IMG/VR virus record: IMGVR_UViG_3300030613_000009
Location: 1 to 64,000 of that record
Length of the DNA stretch: 64,000 bases
From: an uncultured virus (IMG/VR IMGVR_UViG_3300030613_000009)
Lineage: Duplodnaviria > Heunggongvirae > Uroviricota > Caudoviricetes
Strand: one strand, 5' to 3'
In this document: positions 48,146-56,725 of the stretch, piece by piece
Position numbering within the stretch: position 1 is the first letter of the stretch
Layout of the letters: the number at the start of each line of letters is the position of its first letter
Position numbers and translations under genes: made by a program
The notes under the pieces: generated by a model
What the model was told of the DNA's origin: nothing
Databases searched by the model: none
Seen by the model: only the letters and a program-made list of their open reading frames with translations

Positions 48146-48432
48146 AATTCGGAGACACGGTTTACGTCCTTCGCGGTAACGCCGGCAACTCTCCCCATAC
48201 GCCCGGCTGCTTGCGGGTAGTCAAGGCGCGATTGGTGGGTCGGTACAACGGCACCAGTACAGTTGAGTTGACACAGAAGGACTCGCTCGCTATGGGCTAC
48301 TCCCCTACCAAGGGTGCTGCTGGGCGGACGAAGACCTTCGACTCGTCGGCGGTTTTTGGCACGAAGGTGGCAGCCAACAAGGCCAAAGCTCGCGAGCTGA
48401 AAGAGTACATGCAGGACGATTACGGATTCTAG
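48142..48432 (+). CDS. hypothetical protein
   Basis: ATGA overlap. Confidence 0.55.
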   Translation: MKFGDTVYVLRGNAGNSPHTPGCLRVVKARLVGRYNGTSTVELTQKDSLAMGYSPTKGAAGRTKTFDSSAVFGTKVAANKAKARELKEYMQDDYGF

Positions 48433-48442
48433 GAGCCGCACA

Positions 48443-48676
48443 ATGAAACTTAGCGCCTATGAGTCGTCAGTCTTGGCCTTTTTGGCCCAACGCCCTGAAA
48501 GCCTGGCCTCGTTTCGGGACAAGCTCGGCCTGGATGCAGTGGCGATTGCCGACTATTTGGCCGGGAATCAGAGCGCTAGGCAAGACATCCAAGAGACCGG
48601 AGATGCCATTCTAGCTTGGGCCAAAGGGTGCCAGGAAAGGCAACAGCTAGAATTAGAGTCTAGCCTATATGATTGA
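48443..48676 (+). CDS. hypothetical protein
   Basis: AGGAG RBS. Confidence 0.55.
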   Translation: MKLSAYESSVLAFLAQRPESLASFRDKLGLDAVAIADYLAGNQSARQDIQETGDAILAWAKGCQERQQLELESSLYD

Positions 48677-49679
48677 GCTAGGGGAAGGTTTGGCTCCAAA
48701 AGCAAGGTCGTGTACTGTGTACGTTCTCTTCGTCGAGGAGGAGCTGCGCTATGTCGGCCAAACATGGGGCGACCTCCGAAAGAGACTCAATAAACACCGA
48801 CGCCCCGGGCCAAGAGACCAAACCCACCGGGCCCGTCTTTTTCGCAGATGCGCTCTCCTTCATATTCCAACAAGAATACAGTCACTACAAACGGGATTAA
48901 CATCCCAGAGTCAAGCGGACGAATGCGAAATCTATTGGATTGACTTTTTTCGTAAAAAAGGATGCAGATTGGTCAACGAGACTGATGGCGGACGGGGTGG
49001 AGCCGCATCTGCCGCCGTAGTGCAAAAACTTCGCCGAGCCCGAACGGGTATTACGGAAGAGCAGGAGAGGGAAATTTGTTCACTGTATCCCAGGCTCAAT
49101 ACGCGCCGACTTGCCGAAAAGTTCCAGGTGTACCACCAAAGTATTATCTATATCCTGAAATCACACGGCATTGCGCGCCAAGATAGGTTCTCATCCCAGG
49201 GCGGCCTCACCCTTTCGGAACAGTCTCAGGCTCTGTTTGATTACTTGTCTGGTATGTCGGCTCCCGAAGTTGGAGAGAGGTATCACTGCTCTCGCACTCT
49301 GATATACGGCATATTAGATAGGGCGGGGCTGCGCGCTCGGTCAGATTCCGAGGCCCTCTCCATCCTAGACAGGAGCCAAGCGCTTATAGCTTATGTGAGG
49401 TATATTCATGGCGACACCATTCCCACGCTCGCAGTGTCTTGTCGGTGTAGTTCCGCTGCTGTCCGCAACGCATTCAAAAGAAATAATTTGCCACTAAAGG
49501 ACAAGTGGGCGGTCCGCGCCCCAGATGGAACCGTCTTTGCTTCTGTAAAGGCGGCGGCGGCGCATTACGACGTCGAAGAAAATACCATCAGCAAGGGGTT
49601 CAGTAAGCCGGTGCGTGGGGGTCTCTTTAGCCGCGTACCTCCACAAATATCAGAGAGTGGAGTCCAACCTGCGAAGTAG
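48669..49679 (+). CDS. GIY-YIG homing endonuclease with tandem HTH-like repeats
   Basis: TVYVL...RYVGQT...RLNKH, EIYWI, LVNETDGG; three HTH-like units and NUMOD1-like tail. Confidence 0.85.
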   Translation: MIELGEGLAPKARSCTVYVLFVEEELRYVGQTWGDLRKRLNKHRRPGPRDQTHRARLFRRCALLHIPTRIQSLQTGLTSQSQADECEIYWIDFFRKKGCRLVNETDGGRGGAASAAVVQKLRRARTGITEEQEREICSLYPRLNTRRLAEKFQVYHQSIIYILKSHGIARQDRFSSQGGLTLSEQSQALFDYLSGMSAPEVGERYHCSRTLIYGILDRAGLRARSDSEALSILDRSQALIAYVRYIHGDTIPTLAVSCRCSSAAVRNAFKRNNLPLKDKWAVRAPDGTVFASVKAAAAHYDVEENTISKGFSKPVRGGLFSRVPPQISESGVQPAK

Positions 49680-50471
49680 GTCTGGCACAATCTTTGTCTC
49701 CCATACCTTCAAAGCCCAATCAGCAGTAGTATCCATAAGATTCCTGGCTGGGGTCCCAGGATGGTACCAGCGGCCCTCGGCATAGTGCTTGCTTGACGCC
49801 ACGCGAAACGTCATGATGTCCTTGCGCACCGACGACTTCCCGGCCGCATTCTTTATTTCGCGCTGGTAGACGTTGACTCGGTTCAAGAATGGAATGCCAG
49901 TAGGTCCTTGCCTCGGTGCTCCGATAGGACCGTGGCCCTGCCCTGGGCCTTGAGCTGTCTTCATCGGCGCCCAAATGTCGAATGTATGCAGCTTCCCCAT
50001 CTTGGGTTTGCCGTGCTCGTCCGTCTCGAGCTTGCCGTATGGGATTTTCCGCTGTCGCATTTCTTGCTTTATCGTCGAGGTGAGGTCGTTTTGGGCTGGA
50101 GTTTGCCTTGACGGTCCTTTGTTGTGTTGGAATGGCACGACGATGTAGGTCGAACCGTCTTTTGCCGTCTTCGCCTTAGGGCTAGACAGCAAGTCATCCA
50201 ACATAGTGCCTTCCGGTTTTCCTTCTTCTATCCACATCGCGGAAGCGTCCAAGGATATGACCCAAGCGTCTTTGGAGATTTGCTTGAAGTTCAAGGCCGA
50301 AACATACTTGTCCCGGGTCGCGTGGAGCTTGGACTGGGCCTCTTCTAGAACGTGGGCGTGAGCCTGCAAAGCTAGCCCTTGAGCCGCTTCGAGGAGGGCT
50401 GTTTGGACCTTGGGCTCAAGCTCCTTTTGAAGGTCTAGTATTGCCGTCAAGTCTACATTCAGCGAAATCAC
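49650..50471 (-). CDS. neck/tail completion-like virion protein
   Basis: WIEEG, YIVVPF, MTFRVAS...WYHPG motifs. Confidence 0.6.
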   Translation of the reverse strand: MISLNVDLTAILDLQKELEPKVQTALLEAAQGLALQAHAHVLEEAQSKLHATRDKYVSALNFKQISKDAWVISLDASAMWIEEGKPEGTMLDDLLSSPKAKTAKDGSTYIVVPFQHNKGPSRQTPAQNDLTSTIKQEMRQRKIPYGKLETDEHGKPKMGKLHTFDIWAPMKTAQGPGQGHGPIGAPRQGPTGIPFLNRVNVYQREIKNAAGKSSVRKDIMTFRVASSKHYAEGRWYHPGTPARNLMDTTADWALKVWETKIVPDLLRRLDSTL

Positions 50472-51343
50472 TGGGCTTGTCCCATTGACCCATCTTGCAC
50501 TCGTACAAAAGAGTACCCACCGACAGTCTTGCGCCGCCCGCTAAGAACAGAAGATACATGCGACCGTTGTATTCCAAGTGCTCGCGCCGCTGAAGCTGCT
50601 GTACTGTAAACTATACCGTTTTGGTCGCGTATAGCGGTACCGCCCTGTCTGCGCGAATTGGCTAGATTGTGTGCCTCATCGTATTTTTTCCCTTTTGTAG
50701 AGCTCCCATTAGGTCGAAACTTGGCCTCTAGGACTTTTAACGCCAGTGTGTGTTTGCGCGGAAGACAAATTTCGGGGTAGTCGCTATACTTCAGCGCGCG
50801 GATGGCCCTTTGCGCTGGTCTAACGCCCGAATATTCAACCCTAAAGATGGATTTGTGGGATCGAATATTGGCGCGATGTTGAGTGGTATTTTCAATGTAG
50901 TCCCGGAAACCGGTTACCATGTGTATGTTGCCACAAAAACCAACAGTGAAGTTCGAGCCGTGATCTATAACCCACCCATCACCATCTACACATCCGCGCC
51001 AATAATGGGGTAACAGTTCGGATGGCCCAGTCCAAGGAGAAATCGTAAATGTCTTATTGTTGGAAAACCCCAATAGGCGTAAATCTCGGACTATCTCGGA
51101 CCCGTAAACCTTAAGAGTTGCCTGCGTCCCTGTACTCCTGGACATTGGGCGCTCGGTTATTTTATGCGAACTGTGCATCCAGCCACGAATTCGCTCTAGA
51201 ACGGTCCTATCTCCTTTTTGGAGACTCAATACCATCCCGTTCTCAGCTACATGTCCATCCGTGGCCATAAAACCTAAGGTGTATGCCTTTTCGGGCGTAT
51301 CTATCGACCGGAAGAAATCCCTATCGGCTTCGTATTGTATCAT
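50468..51343 (-). CDS. LAGLIDADG homing endonuclease with NUMOD1-like tail
   Basis: AYTLGFMATDG and YWRGCVDGDG; YSTAASAARALGI...GGYSF. Confidence 0.88.
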   Translation of the reverse strand: MIQYEADRDFFRSIDTPEKAYTLGFMATDGHVAENGMVLSLQKGDRTVLERIRGWMHSSHKITERPMSRSTGTQATLKVYGSEIVRDLRLLGFSNNKTFTISPWTGPSELLPHYWRGCVDGDGWVIDHGSNFTVGFCGNIHMVTGFRDYIENTTQHRANIRSHKSIFRVEYSGVRPAQRAIRALKYSDYPEICLPRKHTLALKVLEAKFRPNGSSTKGKKYDEAHNLANSRRQGGTAIRDQNGIVYSTAASAARALGIQRSHVSSVLSGRRKTVGGYSFVRVQDGSMGQAQ

Positions 51344-51396
51344 ATACAATCAGATTACATCGTTCTAGAGTTAGTAGGCTTACCGGTCGCCACCTC

Positions 51397-52965
51397 TTAC
51401 GATGACTGCCTCCTGGACGAAATGGGGCGCCCCTCTGTATCCATGATTAATCCCGCGCGCACACTTCTCCACGTTGTACTACCATCCGGCTTTTGAATTT
51501 TGATTTTCCCGGCGTCTTTCGTCCCACCCGGGCCGGGCTCTTTTGTGGACCCCACCGGATAATTTACTTCGTGGCGTCCCGTCTTGCCTGGGTCTAGGGC
51601 GGCCTTGTAATACTTGTCGTCGTCGGTAAGGTGGTCCTTCACGATTTCTTTGGCGCGTTCTGCGTCTAGCCCATGCTCTTTGCGCTCTTCCTTGACGCCG
51701 TGCTCTAGGTCATCCCGGGCAAACTCTTCGTCGGGAGCGTCGTCTCCTTTGCCGCCAGGCATCAAATCCTTGTGAAGCTCGCTATCTTCTGAAAACGATT
51801 CTTCTGGTGAGACCTCGACCTTGTCGTAAGCGAGACATTCGGGGCAATCGATGTCTGTTCCCGGTTCAGCGCCGCACATGGGACAACTGGTTGATTCAGA
51901 CTTCTTGACCTCAGCTCTGGAATCTTCTCCGGGATTGCTATCTCCTCCTTGAACGCTTCGGGCCATCTCAACCATGGCCTGCAGCATACCGACCAACGAT
52001 TGGTATAGCTCTGGGTCTGCCTGTTGGAGTTGCTCTAGTTCAGAAGCGCGCTTCTTGAAGACCTGTAGAATAGCCGCTACCCGCTTGGTCAGGTCGCCGT
52101 GGGCTTGGCCCTTGGCTTCGGCCGCTTGTTGGACTTGCTCGTCTTGGGAATCCTGTTGGCCTTGCTGGGAAGCTACTTGGCCCAAGGTGTCATGGAGCTG
52201 GTCCATGTCTATGGCTGGTTGTGCTGAGTTAGCGTCTGGGGGCGGACCCTCGCTGCCTTCTTGAGATGGCTCGGGGTCTGCATCTTGAGGTGGGGTGGGT
52301 ACCAACGGATGGGCAGTGGTAGGGCGCTGCTCTGGAACAAATCCGGCACCCGCGTTTTCGGCATAGGCGGGACCTTCCGCCTTTGCAAGGTGGGGCAGTT
52401 TCGGCTTGCGCTGGAAGAACTTGCCGTCATCCCCTACGAAGCCAGACAAAACCTTGCCGTCGATGGCGTCTTGTTGGAGTTCTTCGGGTAGACCTTCGAG
52501 GTCGTGGATGGACCCCGTGGGGTACACCTTGCCTGTGCGGGGGTCATGGAATGCCGCTTGCGTCTTCTGGAGGGCCGTGGCGAGGTCTTCTTCGACAGAC
52601 TGGTCATAGAGACGGATACGGTCGCCTCCAGCCTTCTGGGCTGCCTGGAGGGCTTTATCGGCCTCTGACATCTTGGCCCCCACACCGACCGAAACCGTCG
52701 CCCCAACCGTTTCGGCATATTGTGAGCGGAGGTGGGGAAGTTCGGTCAACTTTTCCGCTGGGATGCGAATTCGACCTTCGTCGCCATTCATGATGATGAC
52801 TTCGCCATTGTTGGCCAAAGCCCAGCTCTTCCAGCCGTCGTTGCCTGTTTCTTGCACTTGCGCGAAGCGTGCCATTCGCTCGAAATCGTCGGCGGCCGAG
52901 GCGTAATCAATTTCCTTCGGGTTCCGGTCGGTCTTGAATGCTAAGTAGACGAATGTTGATGGCAT
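51397..52965 (-). CDS. late multidomain protein: degenerate mCpol/GGDEF-like domain, Zn finger, DUF5661-like domain
   Basis: NGDEG...GATVSVGVGAKMSEADKAL; CPMC..CPEC; PGGKGD...GVKEE.KEH...EIVKDHL...YY; start 7 nt after TAATCT. Confidence 0.7.
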   Translation of the reverse strand: MPSTFVYLAFKTDRNPKEIDYASAADDFERMARFAQVQETGNDGWKSWALANNGEVIIMNGDEGRIRIPAEKLTELPHLRSQYAETVGATVSVGVGAKMSEADKALQAAQKAGGDRIRLYDQSVEEDLATALQKTQAAFHDPRTGKVYPTGSIHDLEGLPEELQQDAIDGKVLSGFVGDDGKFFQRKPKLPHLAKAEGPAYAENAGAGFVPEQRPTTAHPLVPTPPQDADPEPSQEGSEGPPPDANSAQPAIDMDQLHDTLGQVASQQGQQDSQDEQVQQAAEAKGQAHGDLTKRVAAILQVFKKRASELEQLQQADPELYQSLVGMLQAMVEMARSVQGGDSNPGEDSRAEVKKSESTSCPMCGAEPGTDIDCPECLAYDKVEVSPEESFSEDSELHKDLMPGGKGDDAPDEEFARDDLEHGVKEERKEHGLDAERAKEIVKDHLTDDDKYYKAALDPGKTGRHEVNYPVGSTKEPGPGGTKDAGKIKIQKPDGSTTWRSVRAGLIMDTEGRPISSRRQSS

Positions 52966-53044
52966 GTGACATAGATTATACCGATGGCGCTTGACACGCA
53001 AGAGGCAACCGAGGTAGGGTGTCGACGATAAGGGAGCTAACCAA

Positions 53045-53701
53045 ATGACACCAAAATACGAATTCACAGGCGAAACAAAGAAGTTCAATGGCATCACTCT
53101 CCGTCGCATCCGTCGTCTTTCCGATGGTTTGGTTGGAGGATGGATTGAATCCGAAGCCAACCTGAGCCACAAAGGCAAGTGTTTCGTCTACGGCGACGCC
53201 CAGGTCTACGGCAACGCCCGGGTCTCCGACTCAGCATGGGTCTCCGGCAACGCCCGGGTCTACGGCAACGCCCAGGTCTACGACGACGCCCGGGCCTCCG
53301 ACTCAGCATGGGTCTACGGCAACGCCCAGGTCTACGACGACGCACAGGTCTACGGCAACGCCCGGGTCTTCGGCGACACCCGAATCGACCGACCCTTTCC
53401 GACAACCGAAGAATTCATCGGCTGGAAAAAGGTCCGAGGGGCCATTCTGAAGCTCCAAATTCTCGGGACTCGAAGTGGGAGCTGGGGCGTCAAGTGTCGA
53501 ACGAACCACTGCCTCGTTCTCGAAGCGTTTCCCCTCGATGCCGGGTCCCAAGAGACTACTTTCGGGTCTCTGTACGACCTAAAGTTCACCTACACTGTAG
53601 GCAAGCGGGCCATGAGCTGGACTTACAATCCAGACACAACGGTAGAATACGGGGCCGGAATCCATTTCTTTTGTTCCCGAGTCGAAGCGGAGAATTACTG
53701 A
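53045..53701 (+). CDS. hexapeptide (VYGNAQ) beta-helix repeat protein
   Basis: 18-bp coding repeats at about 53185-53375; GGWIESEANL N-terminus; GIHFF C-terminus. Confidence 0.8.
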   Translation: MTPKYEFTGETKKFNGITLRRIRRLSDGLVGGWIESEANLSHKGKCFVYGDAQVYGNARVSDSAWVSGNARVYGNAQVYDDARASDSAWVYGNAQVYDDAQVYGNARVFGDTRIDRPFPTTEEFIGWKKVRGAILKLQILGTRSGSWGVKCRTNHCLVLEAFPLDAGSQETTFGSLYDLKFTYTVGKRAMSWTYNPDTTVEYGAGIHFFCSRVEAENY

Positions 53702-53702
53702 T

Positions 53703-53969
53703 ATGTACCATACCCACGCAAGCGCGGTTGTCCCTTCTACCCAGGAAGAATTCCTGGAGCAACTCAAGGGCATCGCCCGGAACTATACCGGGTGCAGCCA
53801 CACCCCGGACGTCATTGAATCATTGATGGTCGAGCTTCGACAGGCGTTTCGGATGTGCTATGAGGCGCGTCGAATCGATACCATCCCGCAAATCTACATC
53901 GATGTCGAGCCCTGTACCCGTCAAGTTCGCGTGACCACTTCGAAGTTCACCTGGAAGGACGCAGAATGA
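53703..53969 (+). CDS. hypothetical protein
   Basis: GGAG RBS. Confidence 0.55.
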   Translation: MYHTHASAVVPSTQEEFLEQLKGIARNYTGCSHTPDVIESLMVELRQAFRMCYEARRIDTIPQIYIDVEPCTRQVRVTTSKFTWKDAE

Positions 53970-54157
53970 AAGACAAAACTTCATACACCGTAGAGCAGGT
54001 AAAGGCCGTAGACTGGTGTCGTTGTGGTAACTTGGATGTGGACCGAGACAGACTCATGGCCACAGCCGTAGAGTTAAAGGCGGCGCTCGCCAGGGTCAGC
54101 GAGCTGGAGAAGGCTTTGGTCTTCATGTTATTTGAGAAAAAACCACGGGGCTCTTGA
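53966..54157 (+). CDS. hypothetical protein
   Basis: ATGA overlap. Confidence 0.55.
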   Translation: MKDKTSYTVEQVKAVDWCRCGNLDVDRDRLMATAVELKAALARVSELEKALVFMLFEKKPRGS

Positions 54158-54209
54158 CGAAACCTCCTCCGATGGGTATTATTCCGCACATACGCAGCAA
54201 GGAGACACC

Positions 54210-54704
54210 ATGAAGGTCTGGACCCCAGAATACACAAAATGGCTCGCATCTATTAAGGCTGGAGACTTGGTGGCGTGCACGGATGCGCTCCTTCATGCGA
54301 ACTTCACGCGCGAAACGTACGGGTATCGGATTCTAATGGTCCGCCACATCACACCCAAGCGAACCAGATTCGACTGCTTCGACCCTCTCGAGCATGACCC
54401 AGAACCCGGCCGCATCGGCTACCTCAACCCGGTTGTCTCTTTTGGCAAGGACGGGGGCCGAATCGTAGGTGAGGGCTTCCGCCGCGAATCCTTCTTCATC
54501 GACCCCGTTACCCCGGAGGTCACCGCGTCTATCATCGACGACACCAAGACGGCCGAAGCTATCGAGTCATTAACGCACCTGGCTCGGAATATCGAAGAGC
54601 TACTGAAGAATCCATGGGGCCGCGACAGGAACCTGGTGCGTCAACTCGCCGCTGAGGCAGAAGTCATTCTTGGTCTGTTTGAAGCAAACCGAAAGGTAGA
54701 GTGA
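54210..54704 (+). CDS. hypothetical protein
   Basis: TTGACG(54154)-N17-TATTAT promoter; AAGGAG RBS. Confidence 0.65.
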   Translation: MKVWTPEYTKWLASIKAGDLVACTDALLHANFTRETYGYRILMVRHITPKRTRFDCFDPLEHDPEPGRIGYLNPVVSFGKDGGRIVGEGFRRESFFIDPVTPEVTASIIDDTKTAEAIESLTHLARNIEELLKNPWGRDRNLVRQLAAEAEVILGLFEANRKVE

Positions 54705-54705
54705 T

Positions 54706-55596
54706 ATGGGATACCTTCACATCAACAATTTGTCCAAGGACGGGCGCATCCTCCAGCTTTTTAAGCGTGTATACGCATGTGAGAAAGTGCATGGAACTAG
54801 CGCACACGTGCGATTCGCGGGTGGTAAAATCTATTTCTTCTCTGGTGGCGAGAAGCACGAAACCTTTGTTAATATCTTTAACGCAGCGGACCTTCAGAAG
54901 GGGTTCGAGTGGGCCTTCCCTGAGCCCCCCACCAAGGTCGTAGTGTACGGGGAGGCCTACGGCGGCAAGATGCAGGGTATGAGTGGCACCTACGGCACGA
55001 GGGCACGCTTCATCGCCTTTGACATGGCTATCAACGACCGCTGGCTGCAGGTCGAACACGCCAAGCACCTGGCAGAAAGCCTCGGACTCGAATTCGTGGC
55101 CTTCAATCTGGTCGAATGCACCCAAGAGGCTCTGGACCATGAGCGGGACATCCCGTCGCGGATTGGCGTCCTCAACGCGCAGCGGGATGGGGTGGTCGAT
55201 TACGTCCCGAAGCCTGCCGAGGGCGTTGTCATTCGCCCCACCATCGAGCTAGACTACCGGCCCGGGGATAGGATTATCGCCAAGCACAAGCGCAGTGATT
55301 TCAGTGAGCGCAAGTCCAAGTCAGATACGAACCTCAACCCAGATAAGGCTCTGGAGTTGGCCACCGCAGAAGCTGTGGCTGAAGAGTTCGTGACAGAAAT
55401 GAGATTGAGCCATGTCGTCGACCACCTCAAGGGAGACCTTGGGCGCGAACTGACCTTCGCGGACATCCCGGAAGTCATTGACGCCATGATGGAGGACGTG
55501 TTACGAGAAGGGGCCGGTGAAGTCGAGAATACCAAGCCCAACCGCAAGGCCATCGGTAACGCTACAGCCAAGATGCTCAAAATGAGGACGCCATGA
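54706..55596 (+). CDS. RNA ligase, Rnl2 family
   Basis: motif I EKVHGTS, YGEAYGG, FIAFD, EGVVIRP, IAKHK, F.E; C-terminal VTEMRL.HV. Confidence 0.85.
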   Translation: MGYLHINNLSKDGRILQLFKRVYACEKVHGTSAHVRFAGGKIYFFSGGEKHETFVNIFNAADLQKGFEWAFPEPPTKVVVYGEAYGGKMQGMSGTYGTRARFIAFDMAINDRWLQVEHAKHLAESLGLEFVAFNLVECTQEALDHERDIPSRIGVLNAQRDGVVDYVPKPAEGVVIRPTIELDYRPGDRIIAKHKRSDFSERKSKSDTNLNPDKALELATAEAVAEEFVTEMRLSHVVDHLKGDLGRELTFADIPEVIDAMMEDVLREGAGEVENTKPNRKAIGNATAKMLKMRTP

Positions 55597-55898
55597 ATAA
55601 CTATGCTATGTACCCAGAAGTCCGATTGACCATCGACAGCATGCGGCACACTATCATCAACCACATGGGCACGTTTTTCGACCAGCAGAAGGGGGCCATC
55701 AAGGAGGCGGTTGACCGGGCCGTCGAAGCCTTCGACTTCCAGGCAGAAGTCGCCAGGATTGTAGACGGAGAGGTCAAGAGACAGCTACAGGAGATGGCTC
55801 GCTTGGTGGTTCGGTCTGCCCTGTTCAAGCAAGAAGAGAAGTTCCTCAAGCTGGCGCAAGAAGCTCTTGTCGTTGCATTGAAGGATGGGGTACGATGA
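55593..55898 (+). CDS. hypothetical protein
   Basis: ATGA overlap; GAGG RBS. Confidence 0.6.
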   Translation: MNNYAMYPEVRLTIDSMRHTIINHMGTFFDQQKGAIKEAVDRAVEAFDFQAEVARIVDGEVKRQLQEMARLVVRSALFKQEEKFLKLAQEALVVALKDGVR

Positions 55899-56116
55899 GA
55901 ATTCTGCAGATGATTGAAGAGGCTCAGGACCTGGTCGGGCGCACCAACGACCTACGCACCAGGCGACGCGCACTTGACACTCTGACCAAGATGAGGCGAG
56001 ACCCAGAGCAGCTATACTTCGCTGCACTTCGAATGACTACAGCCAAAGCACGCTTGGCTTTGGCAATGGCGTGTGAGCGAGAGCTGGTTCGACTCGAAAA
56101 GGGAGATGTGGTATGA
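55895..56116 (+). CDS. hypothetical protein
   Basis: ATGA overlap. Confidence 0.55.
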   Translation: MRILQMIEEAQDLVGRTNDLRTRRRALDTLTKMRRDPEQLYFAALRMTTAKARLALAMACERELVRLEKGDVV

Positions 56117-56295
56117 CACGAGAAGAACGATACGCAGCAGTCATCGAAGAGGTTTTGGACATTCTCCTGGAATCTGGCAATGGCGACTTAGATGACGCCA
56201 TACGGCTGCTTTTCTGGGCTCAGGACGGGTACGCCCATCGGAAGTCTCCAGACGGACGTTGGGTGACTTCGTGGTTGCCGTCAGATGAGCCATAG
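56113..56295 (+). CDS. hypothetical protein
   Basis: ATGA overlap; GGAG RBS. Confidence 0.55.
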   Translation: MTREERYAAVIEEVLDILLESGNGDLDDAIRLLFWAQDGYAHRKSPDGRWVTSWLPSDEP

Positions 56296-56303
56296 GAGAA
56301 AGA

Positions 56304-56498
56304 ATGACAACGACCGACGAAAAGGCTATGATGGACGCAGAAGACGCCGCTAGGTCGCTAGAGGCGTTAAAGCGCTTCAGGCCGCGCTGGATTCTCGCTT
56401 GGCGGTTCGTCCAGGACGAGCTGTGTTTGGACACTCCTGAAATGAAGGATGTCTTGGCTGTGTATGACCGAATTAGAGACCTGGAGGAAACACGATGA
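56304..56498 (+). CDS. hypothetical protein
   Basis: AGGAG RBS. Confidence 0.55.
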   Translation: MTTTDEKAMMDAEDAARSLEALKRFRPRWILAWRFVQDELCLDTPEMKDVLAVYDRIRDLEETR

Positions 56499-56725
56499 CC
56501 GAGCAAGACCTTATCGAAACCCTAGACTATCGCATTGAGGCCGCCTTGGCTATTATTCAATGCTATGGATGCGACGACGGACCCCACAATAAGCAGTGGG
56601 TGCTCGACCAGGTGGTCCGCCAGCTTGTGTCAAGTCCTGAGGACTACAAGCAGTGGGTAGCCGAAACCAAGGCCGGAGAAGATGGACCAGACACATACGA
56701 GTGGGACGAAGGGGTTGCACCATGA
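56495..56725 (+). CDS. small phage hypothetical protein
   Basis: GGAGG RBS; YG..DG.H.KQWVLDQ...WDEG.AP motif. Confidence 0.65.
   Translation: MTEQDLIETLDYRIEAALAIIQCYGCDDGPHNKQWVLDQVVRQLVSSPEDYKQWVAETKAGEDGPDTYEWDEGVAP

Noticed and set aside
39698..51343. Homing endonucleases as group I intron or intein residents
   Set aside because: Flanking genes appear complete, and there is little non-coding room for a ribozyme core; no intein terminal motifs seen
53185..53375. 18-bp repeats as an array or DGR template
   Set aside because: They encode an ordinary hexapeptide beta-helix; no reverse transcriptase in the window
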